Source: Rhodoferax sp.
Lineage (GTDB): Bacteria > Pseudomonadota > Gammaproteobacteria > Burkholderiales > Burkholderiaceae_C
Direction: 5' to 3'
DNA: 37,495 nucleotides
NCBI GenBank assembly: GCA_031373455.1
Contig: JANMMR010000002.1
Span: 1 to 37,495 of the forward strand
Shown here: piece by piece, positions 18,564-26,495 of the stretch
Numbering within the stretch: the stretch's first letter is position 1
How the letters are laid out: the number at the start of each line of letters is the position of its first letter
Position numbers and translations under genes: made by a program
Notes under the pieces: model-generated
Seen by the model: the letters and a program-made list of their open reading frames with translations, nothing else
The model's database searches: none
What the model was told of the DNA's origin: nothing

Positions 18564-19432
18564 ACCCGTGTCACCACTTGTTTGCCAAAAAGGCCATCTG
18601 GTTTGAGGGTCAAGGTGGCGACGATCAACACCAGCGCCACGGTGAGTTTCAGCTCGGTGCCAATCACGTAGGCGCCCAGCAGATTCTCCAGGACGCCCAC
18701 GACCAATCCGCCGATCACGGCGCCCCAGGGGTTGTCAATGCCGCCAAGCAAGGCGGCGGCAAAGCCGTAAAGCAGGATGCCGGCCATCATGTTGGGATCC
18801 AGAAAAACAATCGGTGCCACCATCATGCCCGCCACAGCACCAATGGCTGCGGCAAGTCCCCATCCAAGCCCCAACATCCAGCTGACGCGGATGCCCACGA
18901 GCCGCGCTGAATCGGCGTTTTGGGCAGCCGCACGCATGGCCAGGCCAATCGGCGTGTAGCGAAAGAAGGCATACAAGGCCAGCAACACGCCGACCAGCAC
19001 CATGGCGGAGCCGACATTGTGGGCACTGAAGTAGGAGGTGGCCATCCAGCTGTCTTTGGGGAATGGGCTGGGGAAGGATTTGAGCGTGTGGTCGAAGATC
19101 CAGCCCGACAAGGCGTTGACGATGAGCAACAGGCCGATGAACACGATCACGTTGGTCAACACCGGGGCCTTCTCCACTGGCCGCAGGATCAGGCGCTGGA
19201 TCACCAGGCCGCCGACAAACGACACAGCCACGGTGGCAAAAAACGCGCCCCAGTATGGCCAGCCTGCCTGCACCAGAGCCCAGGCGATGAAAGTGCTGAA
19301 GGTGGCCATTTCGCCCTGGGCGAAATTGATGTGATGGGTGGACTGGTAAATCATCACCAGTGCCAGTGCCACAGAGCCGTAAATGCAGCCGTTGGCCAGG
19401 CCGGAGAAAATTTGGTGGAGGAAGGCTTCCAT
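18560..19432 (-). CDS. Branched-chain amino-acid ABC transporter permease (LivH-like)
   Basis: 290 aa. INFAQGEMATF motif typical of LivH. Confidence 0.9.
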   Translation of the reverse strand: MEAFLHQIFSGLANGCIYGSVALALVMIYQSTHHINFAQGEMATFSTFIAWALVQAGWPYWGAFFATVAVSFVGGLVIQRLILRPVEKAPVLTNVIVFIGLLLIVNALSGWIFDHTLKSFPSPFPKDSWMATSYFSAHNVGSAMVLVGVLLALYAFFRYTPIGLAMRAAAQNADSARLVGIRVSWMLGLGWGLAAAIGAVAGMMVAPIVFLDPNMMAGILLYGFAAALLGGIDNPWGAVIGGLVVGVLENLLGAYVIGTELKLTVALVLIVATLTLKPDGLFGKQVVTRV

Positions 19433-19447
19433 GTCGTGATGCCTTGT

Positions 19448-20161
19448 TCAGTAGCCCAGGTACGCTTTGCGCACGGACTCGTCGTTTTTGATCTGCTCGC
19501 TCGGGCCAGACAGTGCGACCTTGCCGGTCTCCAGCAAATAGGCGTGGTCAGCCAGGTCCAGCGCCAGGCTGGCGTTTTGCTCCACCAGCAGCATGCTCAC
19601 TTTGTCTTCCTTGTTGATGGTGCGCATGATGCGGAAAATCTCGGCCACGATCAAAGGGGCCAGGCCAAACGAGGGCTCGTCCAGCAGCAACAATTTGGGC
19701 CGCAGCATCAGCGCCCGGCTGATGGCCAGCATTTGTTGTTCGCCGCCCGACAAGGTGCCAGCCTGTTGGTGGCGGCGCTGTTTCAGGATCGGAAAACGCG
19801 TGAACGCCTTTTCCATGTCGAGCGCCAGCTCGGCCTTGTCGTTACGCACATAGGCGCCCAGCCGCAGGTTTTCTTCGGTAGACAAGGCGGTGAATGTGCC
19901 GCGCCCTTCGGGCACATGCGCGATTCCCATGCGCACGATGTTTTCGGTCGATTTGCCGATGAGTTGCTGGCCGTCAAACACAATGCTTCCAGTGGTCTTG
20001 ACGGTTTGGCAAAGCGAGCGCAGTGTGGTGGTTTTGCCGGCCCCATTGGCACCGAGAATGGCCGTGATGTGCCCGGTTTCAAGCGAAAAATTGATGTCGT
20101 GCAACACCTTGGTCGCACCGTAGGCCGCATTCAGGCCGCTGACTTCAAGCAGCCGGGTCAT
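19448..20161 (-). CDS. ABC transporter ATP-binding protein (LivF-like)
   Basis: 237 aa. Walker A GANGAGKTT, signature LSGGEQQML, Walker B LLLLDEPS. Confidence 0.9.
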   Translation of the reverse strand: MTRLLEVSGLNAAYGATKVLHDINFSLETGHITAILGANGAGKTTTLRSLCQTVKTTGSIVFDGQQLIGKSTENIVRMGIAHVPEGRGTFTALSTEENLRLGAYVRNDKAELALDMEKAFTRFPILKQRRHQQAGTLSGGEQQMLAISRALMLRPKLLLLDEPSFGLAPLIVAEIFRIMRTINKEDKVSMLLVEQNASLALDLADHAYLLETGKVALSGPSEQIKNDESVRKAYLGY

Positions 20162-20967
20162 TTGTTTTTCCCCTCATCGGCGGGTTTCCCAAGGTAGGCC
20201 TCGATCACGTCGGCATTGTTCTGGATGTGCTCCGGGTCGCCCTCGGCGATTTTCTTGCCAAAGTTGAGCGCAACGATGTGGTCGGACACCCCCATCACCA
20301 GGCTCATATGGTGCTCGACCAGCAGGACCGTGATGTGCAGGCGGTCGCGGATGTCCTTGATCATGCGGCCCAGGTCTTCGAGCTCTTCGTGGTTCAGCCC
20401 GGCTGCGGGTTCATCGAGCATCAACAGCTTCGGGTCGGCGGCCAGCGCGCGCCCGAGTTCCACACGTTTTTGAATGGCAAACGGCAGGTCTCGCACGGGC
20501 TTGTGCGCGTGTTGTGAGAGGTCCAGGTAATCCAGGATGTCAGCCGCGCGTTTTTGCAAGCGCAACTCTTCGGCACGCACGCGCGGCAGGCGCAGGGCGC
20601 TGGAGGCAAATCCCGATTTGGAACGCGAATGCGCGCCGACCATGATGTTCTCGCGCACCGGCATGGTCTGGAACATGGCCAGGTTCTGGAATGTGCGGCC
20701 CATGCCCAAGCCCGCAACCTGGTGCGTCGGCGTGTTGGTGATGGATTGCCCCTCAAACAGGATGTCGCCAGCCTGGTATGAATACAGGCGGCTCATGCAA
20801 TTGAACAGCGTGGTTTTGCCTGCGCCGTTGGGACCAATCAGGCCGCAGATACCGCCTTTGGCGACATCGAAGCTGACAGAATCCAGCGCCACAATGCCGC
20901 CGAAACGGACGGTTACACCACGTACGCTCAACAAAGGTTTGGAGTCTTCGGCAGAGGGTGAACTCAT
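20158..20967 (-). CDS. ABC transporter ATP-binding protein (LivG-like)
   Basis: Walker A GPNGAGKTT, Walker B LLMLDEPAAGL. I chose the start at MSSPSAED (ATG 20967). The ORF stays open to an upstream ATG at 21027. Neither start has a clear SD. Confidence 0.85.
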   Translation of the reverse strand: MSSPSAEDSKPLLSVRGVTVRFGGIVALDSVSFDVAKGGICGLIGPNGAGKTTLFNCMSRLYSYQAGDILFEGQSITNTPTHQVAGLGMGRTFQNLAMFQTMPVRENIMVGAHSRSKSGFASSALRLPRVRAEELRLQKRAADILDYLDLSQHAHKPVRDLPFAIQKRVELGRALAADPKLLMLDEPAAGLNHEELEDLGRMIKDIRDRLHITVLLVEHHMSLVMGVSDHIVALNFGKKIAEGDPEHIQNNADVIEAYLGKPADEGKNK

Positions 20968-21168
20968 GGTGTGATGGACTTGTCCCGGTTTTGTTTTGTC
21001 TGGCCTGTAAACCAGTTGGTCGCGCATTATCAGCGGAGGCGCGGGACGCCCGGCCTACGGAGTTACCCTTGGCGTTTCCTCATTCACATTTTCTCATTTT
21101 CAGACACTTGTAAGATCAGGGCGGCCCGATTGACTCATTCGGGCAAGCCCCTGTTTTGGAGAACCAAC

Positions 21169-21714
21169 ATGCCTTCATCGACACAAACCATCGTCTTGGG
21201 TGGCGGCTGCTTTTGGTGCACGGAAGCGGTGTACAAAGGTGTCAAGGGTGTTACTGACGTGGAAAGCGGCTACAGCAACGGCCATGTGGTGAATCCAAGT
21301 TACGAAGACGTGTGCACAGGCAGCACCGGGCACAACGAAGTAGTGAAGCTTGAATATGACACGGCGCAAATTACCACCCGCGAGATTCTTGAAATTTTCT
21401 TCGTCATCCACGACCCCACCACCCTGAACTACCAGGGCAATGACCACGGCACACAATACCGCAGCGGCATCTATTTCACTGATGAGGCGCAAAAAGAAGA
21501 GGCGCTGGCCCTGATCCGCGAAACCGGCAAGGACGCCGGGTTCTTCAGCCGGAAAATCGTCACAGAAGTGCTGCCATTGAAGAACTACTGGCCGGCGGAA
21601 GACTACCACCAGGATTTTTTCGAGCGCAATCCGACGCAGGGTTATTGCATGGCGGTTGCGGGCCCCAAGGTGGCGAAATTCCGCAAGACCTTTGCCCGTC
21701 TGGCCAAATCGTAG
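21169..21714 (+). CDS. msrA: Peptide-methionine (S)-S-oxide reductase
   Basis: Start chosen at MPSSTQTIVLGGGCFWCTEAV (GCFWC active site), with SD GGAGA 7 nt upstream. The longer ORF from 20971 is rejected. Confidence 0.92.
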   Translation: MPSSTQTIVLGGGCFWCTEAVYKGVKGVTDVESGYSNGHVVNPSYEDVCTGSTGHNEVVKLEYDTAQITTREILEIFFVIHDPTTLNYQGNDHGTQYRSGIYFTDEAQKEEALALIRETGKDAGFFSRKIVTEVLPLKNYWPAEDYHQDFFERNPTQGYCMAVAGPKVAKFRKTFARLAKS

Positions 21715-21744
21715 ATCGCCGGCCCGCCAAAACCTGAGTGCGCT

Positions 21745-23175
21745 TCAGGCGGGCGCGCGTTCGCGCAGCCGCATAGACAAGCCGACCGGGTTCATCGTGA
21801 AGGCCATCAATTCCTGCGGCGGCAGCTTGTCGGGTGTGCTTACCTCGGCAATGTCGAAACTGGCCAGCAACATGGCCATCGCCATTTTCATTTCGAGCAG
21901 GGCCAGGTAACGCCCCGGGCACATGCGCGGGCCGGACCCAAACGGCAGCGAGGCGCGTTTGGCCTCGTTGCTCAGGGGTTGCGGCGCGTCGGGGAGCCAG
22001 CGCTCCGGCCTGAATGCCGTGGGGTCGGCAAACCAGGGCTCGCTGACGCTGTTGTGGCGAAGTACTCCCCACACCATCGCGTCTTTGGGCACCGCGACAT
22101 CGCCCACCCGGGAGTCACGCAGCGCCTGCAGGGGAATGAAGGGCGCTACGGGTTTGAGGCGCATGGTTTCGGTACAACACGCGTCCAGGTACACCAGGCT
22201 GTCCACCAACTCCATGGTGAACCGGGCCGGATCGGGCGCCTGTGTGCGCACCTCATGCTGCAGGCGCTGCAGTGCGGCCGGGTTCTGCATGAGCAAGGAG
22301 GTCATCCAGGCCAGCGTATTGGCGGTGGTGTCCTCTCCGGCCAGCAACATGGTCAGAACATTGCCGGTCAACTCGGCATCTCCGAGTTCACTGCCGGGCT
22401 GGTCGGCGGCGACGATCATGGCTTCGAGCAGGTTGCTTGGTTTTGCGCGCGCTTCTGGATCGTTTTGCAGGCGGCTCCTGGCCTGTGCAACGTAGTCTTT
22501 GAGCATGGCGTTGATGACGACGACGCTCTTGTCAAGCTGGCGGTCTTTCTTCAGTTTGAACCAGCGCCAATAGGGAATCAGACTCAGGGCACGCGTCGAT
22601 ACAGCGGGCAGGATCTGGTCCAGGTGGCGCTGGATCACGTCTTCGCCCGCTTGCAAGGTGTTGACGTCTTTTCCAAACGCCAGGCCCGCGATGGCGTCAA
22701 CCGTGAAACGCATCAGGTCCGCCTGCAGGTTGATCGACGCATTGGCCCGCGCGGCGTTTTGCCAACGCTCCCGCAGGCGCAAGGTCACCTTCACCAAAGA
22801 CGGAAAGTAGGCCCGCACGTGGCCCGGCGCAAAACTGGCCATCACCATGCGGCGCTGCTGCCGCCAGGAGTCACCTTCGGCACTGAAGACGCCCTGCGGC
22901 AGTCCCATTTCCTTGCCGATTTTTGACGTCAGCGGGCTGCGCCGAAAGCCTTCCGGCCGATCCTTCATCACGGCCGCCAGCAATTCGGGGTCGGCGATCA
23001 CCAGCAAGCGGCGCGGGCCAAGTTTCATCTGGAACAGGGGCCCGTACTTGCATGCCCAGCGTTCCACGTTCTGGTGGATTTGCGCGCGCGACACCTGAAA
23101 GGCATTGCCGACAATGGGCAAACCCGGTGGGCCCGGGAGATCGGTGATCTGACGCAATACGGTGATGCTTTCCAT
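21745..23175 (-). CDS. Cytochrome P450
   Basis: Heme-binding FGSGPRMCPGRYLA, EXXR (ETMR), and an N-terminal proline-rich PGPPGLPIVGN motif. Start chosen at MESITVL (ATG 23175). Confidence 0.9.
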   Translation of the reverse strand: MESITVLRQITDLPGPPGLPIVGNAFQVSRAQIHQNVERWACKYGPLFQMKLGPRRLLVIADPELLAAVMKDRPEGFRRSPLTSKIGKEMGLPQGVFSAEGDSWRQQRRMVMASFAPGHVRAYFPSLVKVTLRLRERWQNAARANASINLQADLMRFTVDAIAGLAFGKDVNTLQAGEDVIQRHLDQILPAVSTRALSLIPYWRWFKLKKDRQLDKSVVVINAMLKDYVAQARSRLQNDPEARAKPSNLLEAMIVAADQPGSELGDAELTGNVLTMLLAGEDTTANTLAWMTSLLMQNPAALQRLQHEVRTQAPDPARFTMELVDSLVYLDACCTETMRLKPVAPFIPLQALRDSRVGDVAVPKDAMVWGVLRHNSVSEPWFADPTAFRPERWLPDAPQPLSNEAKRASLPFGSGPRMCPGRYLALLEMKMAMAMLLASFDIAEVSTPDKLPPQELMAFTMNPVGLSMRLRERAPA

Positions 23176-23266
23176 GGCAGTTCCAATCGGGTGGACGCGG
23201 CATCTTACTGGCAAGGGCATCGTGCCGTTGGATTTCGTCAGTCGATTGCGTCAATAATCCGTCCCG

Positions 23267-23941
23267 ATGATCCACAGCGCCGATCTTGCTTACCGCTACC
23301 CTGACGGGCCAGACATTCAATTCCCCGACGTTGACGTGCCACAGGGTGGCGTGTTGCTGGTTCGCGGCCCGTCGGGGTGCGGCAAATCGACCTGGCTGGC
23401 GCTGGCGGGTGCGTTGTTGCGCCCGTCGCGCGGGCAAATCAGCGTGGCAGGCCAGCCCCTGAACGGGCTGGATCCCGCAGCTGGCGATGCATGGCGTGCC
23501 CGGGCCATTGGGTTCCTGCCGCAAAAACTTCACCTCAGTGCGGCATTGACGGTGTATGGCAACCTGGCACTGGCGTATTACGCGGCCGGATTACCCGTCG
23601 ACGCCGCAGCGGTAGAGGCGGCGCTGTTGGCCCTGGACGTGGCCCAGCTTCGCCATCGCAAACCGTCGCAACTGTCGGGCGGACAGGCGCAACGTGTTGC
23701 GCTGGCCCGCGCCGTGTTGCGCCGCCCACAAGTCATATTCGCTGACGAACCCACGGCCAGCCTGGATGACGAATCGGCCCACGCAGCGCTGAAATTGCTG
23801 CGCGAGGTGGCCGGGAGTAGCAACGCGACGCTGGTGGTGGCGACCCACGATGCGCGGGTGGTGCAGGCGATGCCACGCGCCGTGACACTGCAACTTCAAC
23901 AAAAATACAGCGCTCAAGTCTCGGATTCATTGCATAAATAG
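23267..23941 (+). CDS. ABC transporter ATP-binding protein (MacB/FtsE-like)
   Basis: 224 aa. Walker A GPSGCGKST, signature LSGGQAQRV, Walker B IFADEPT. Confidence 0.9.
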   Translation: MIHSADLAYRYPDGPDIQFPDVDVPQGGVLLVRGPSGCGKSTWLALAGALLRPSRGQISVAGQPLNGLDPAAGDAWRARAIGFLPQKLHLSAALTVYGNLALAYYAAGLPVDAAAVEAALLALDVAQLRHRKPSQLSGGQAQRVALARAVLRRPQVIFADEPTASLDDESAHAALKLLREVAGSSNATLVVATHDARVVQAMPRAVTLQLQQKYSAQVSDSLHK

Positions 23942-23943
23942 CT

Positions 23944-25140
23944 ATGAAAACAATAGCTTTGGCATTGCAATACCTGTGGTCCAAGCCGCTGGCCGCAGGC
24001 TTGAATCTGCTGCTGTTGAGCCTGGGCCTGGCGTCGATGAGTTTCCTGCTGCTGATGGGTGACAAGCTAGACAAGGCGTTTGAACGCGATCTTGCGGGCA
24101 TCGACGTGGTGGTGGGCGCCAAGGGCAGTCCGTTGCAGTTGATTCTGGCGGGGGTCTTCCACCTGGACGTGCCCTCGGGCAATGTGCCCTTGAAGGCCGT
24201 CGAGGCCTTGCGTGAGCATCCGCAGGTCGCCCGGGTGATTCCCGTCAGTCTGGGCGACAGCTTCAGAGGCTTTAGGATTGTGGGCACCACGCTCGATTAC
24301 CCCAACCACTACAAGGCTGCGCTGGCGTCGGGCGCATGGTGGTCGGCGCCCATGCAGGCCGTCGTGGGGGCGCAAGTGGCTTTGCAAACCGGCCTGAAAC
24401 CCGGTGACCGCTTTGAAGGCAGCCATGGCCTGGGCAGCAGTGGCCAGGTGCATGGCAACACGCCCTACAACGTGAGCGGCGTGATGGCCGCCACCGGTGG
24501 TGTGCTGGACCGTCTGATCCTGACGGCGACCGAATCAGTATGGCAAGTGCACGAAAACGCCACGGCCAACGACGACGCCGACAAAAAAATCATGCAGGAA
24601 GAGCGTGAGCTGACGCTGGCTTTGATTCAATACAAAACGCCGCTGGCGGCGGTGACCTTCCCCCGCTTCATCAACACCACCACCGAAATGCAGGCGGCCG
24701 CGCCGGCCATTGAAATCACCCGCCTGTTGCGGATGTTGGGCGTGGGCATTGACGTGATGCGGGCGCTTGCCGGCATTTTGTTGCTGACCGCGACCCTGAG
24801 TGTCTTCATCGCCTTGTGGGGCGCCGTGCGCGAGCGTCGGGCAGACCTGGCGCTGTTGCGCATGTTGGGCGCGCCGCCGGTAAAATTGGCGTCACTGCTG
24901 CTGTGTGAGGCCCTGTGGCTGGCCTTGCTGGCCACCGTGCTGGGCATTTTGTTCGGGCAAGGCCTGGTCGCCTGGCTTGGCTGGATGTTGCAGCTGGATC
25001 AGTCGGTGCTGTTGGGCGGCTGGGCGTGGCCGGCTTCGTTGTGGGGCGTGCCCTTGCTGGCGGTGGCTGTGGCCGGTGCTGCGGCGTTGGCGCCAGCAAT
25101 GGGCGCCTACCGGGCCAGTGTGTTTGAATTGTTGAAATAA
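23944..25140 (+). CDS. ABC transporter permease, FtsX-like
   Basis: 398 aa. N-terminal TM, a large periplasmic domain, then three C-terminal TMs (FtsX/MacB topology). It starts 3 nt after the ATPase gene. Confidence 0.85.
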   Translation: MKTIALALQYLWSKPLAAGLNLLLLSLGLASMSFLLLMGDKLDKAFERDLAGIDVVVGAKGSPLQLILAGVFHLDVPSGNVPLKAVEALREHPQVARVIPVSLGDSFRGFRIVGTTLDYPNHYKAALASGAWWSAPMQAVVGAQVALQTGLKPGDRFEGSHGLGSSGQVHGNTPYNVSGVMAATGGVLDRLILTATESVWQVHENATANDDADKKIMQEERELTLALIQYKTPLAAVTFPRFINTTTEMQAAAPAIEITRLLRMLGVGIDVMRALAGILLLTATLSVFIALWGAVRERRADLALLRMLGAPPVKLASLLLCEALWLALLATVLGILFGQGLVAWLGWMLQLDQSVLLGGWAWPASLWGVPLLAVAVAGAAALAPAMGAYRASVFELLK

Positions 25141-25158
25141 AGTGGAGCCAGATCAATC

Positions 25159-25407
25159 GTGAACAAAAATACAGCCGCAGGGGTGCTCATTGCCTTGGTG
25201 TGTGGGTTTGCAGTTGCCCAGCCGAAACACAGCGACAAGGAAACCCAGCAAGATATCGCCCGCCACCGCGCGATGGCGGCGGCGCACGAGGGTGCGGCCA
25301 AATGCCTGGAAGCCGGAAAAAAGGAAGACGTGTGCCTGAAGGAATTGCTGACCGCCTGCAAAGGGCTTGCCATCGGCAAGTATTGCGGCATGAAACACGA
25401 GCATTGA
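25159..25407 (+). CDS. Small secreted Cys/His-containing protein (possible periplasmic metal-binding protein)
   Basis: 82 aa with a GTG start. Signal peptide ...CGFAVAQP. The mature part has 4 Cys and several His (HRAMAAAHEG..C..C..C..C..KHEH). SD GGAG is 11 nt upstream. Confidence 0.55.
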   Translation: MNKNTAAGVLIALVCGFAVAQPKHSDKETQQDIARHRAMAAAHEGAAKCLEAGKKEDVCLKELLTACKGLAIGKYCGMKHEH

Positions 25408-25442
25408 ATGACAGGCATTGAACGACGGGCATTGAACGATTT
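25401..25442. repeat. Three tandem 14-bp repeats GCATTGAAYGAYNK
   Basis: gcattgaatgacag / gcattgaacgacgg / gcattgaacgattt, read directly. Copy 1 contains the stop codon (25405-25407) of the small secreted protein. Confidence 0.8.
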
Positions 25443-25481
25443 CGCGCAACGGTGTCCAATACGGGTAGACAGGAGCTTCAC

Positions 25482-25982
25482 ATGAAACTGGTTTCACTTG
25501 TAGTCGCGGCGGCTTTGGCTTCGGGTTCGCTTGCTGCCAGCGCGCAACTTTCCTCGCCTCTGCCCGCCGGCACCGGCCCGGGCGTGCATGGCGCCAACAG
25601 CCCCTTTGCCCCGATCCAGGAGCGCAATGACGTGTTGCCGTGGTCAATGCTCAGCGAGGTCAAGACGCGGGCTGAAAAAAACAAGCTGCTGCCGGTGTTC
25701 ACGGCGCCCATCCAGGCGCTGAACCAGAAAACCCAGCGCGTTCAGGGTTTCATGATGCCGCTGGAGCCGGGCGACAAACAAAAGCATTTCCTGCTGAGCT
25801 CAGTGCCGCTCACCTGCGGATTCTGCGTACCCGGCGGGCCGGAGAGCATGGTTGAAGTGAAGACCAAAACGCCGGTGAAATATTCCATGGAAGTTGTCGT
25901 GGTAGAGGGCAAGTTCAACGTGTTGAGCGACGACCCCTATGGCCTCTATTACCGCATCACCGATGCGGTGAGTGTCAAGTAG
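25482..25982 (+). CDS. DUF3299-like periplasmic protein
   Basis: Start at MKLVSLVVAAALASG (signal peptide), SD AGGAG 6 nt upstream. The motif GFMMPLE....HFLLSSVPLTCGFCVPGGP matches my recollection of DUF3299. Confidence 0.8.
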   Translation: MKLVSLVVAAALASGSLAASAQLSSPLPAGTGPGVHGANSPFAPIQERNDVLPWSMLSEVKTRAEKNKLLPVFTAPIQALNQKTQRVQGFMMPLEPGDKQKHFLLSSVPLTCGFCVPGGPESMVEVKTKTPVKYSMEVVVVEGKFNVLSDDPYGLYYRITDAVSVK

Positions 25983-25986
25983 CAGG

Positions 25987-26415
25987 ATGCGGATGGGCCT
26001 GCGCGCCAGCCGGCCTCGCCGTTGGCTGGCGTGGGTTGCCGCCTGTGCACTCTTGCTGCTGCTGGTGCAAACACTGGGCGCATTGCATGGAGTGGTTCAC
26101 GCGGACGCCACCGCCATTGCCACCGGTGAATCCCAGGTAGCCGGCGACCATCCGGAACCAACGAGCAAAGCCCCATACAGGTCTGCGAAGAGCGAAACTG
26201 GCCGCGGCTTCCTCTTGTTGCTGTTTGCAGGGCATGAGAGCGATTCCGACTGCCGCGCCTACGACCAACTCTGCCATTTCGACGCCATCGCAGATTTCGC
26301 ATCCCCTGCCCTGGTGCTGGTGTTGCAAACTTTCGTACTCGTGCTTCTTGCGGGCCTGGCAAAAGCCCGTTGGCACGCGCTCCACCAAGCGCGTGGCCCA
26401 CCCCTGCTTCGTTGA
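25987..26415 (+). CDS. DUF2946-like small membrane/periplasmic protein
   Basis: Arg-rich N-terminus, then a TM WLAWVAACALLLLLVQTLGALHGVVH. It sits immediately upstream of a TonB-dependent receptor, as DUF2946 genes often do. The start is ambiguous (GTG 25972, ATG 25987 or 25993). Confidence 0.55.
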   Translation: MRMGLRASRPRRWLAWVAACALLLLLVQTLGALHGVVHADATAIATGESQVAGDHPEPTSKAPYRSAKSETGRGFLLLLFAGHESDSDCRAYDQLCHFDAIADFASPALVLVLQTFVLVLLAGLAKARWHALHQARGPPLLR

Positions 26416-26495
26416 CATTCTGATCTCAAGGTGTTGCCTGCCGGTGTTTTGCCGGCGGGCGGCTTCGCATTTCATTTTGATTCTTCGAGGTATCC

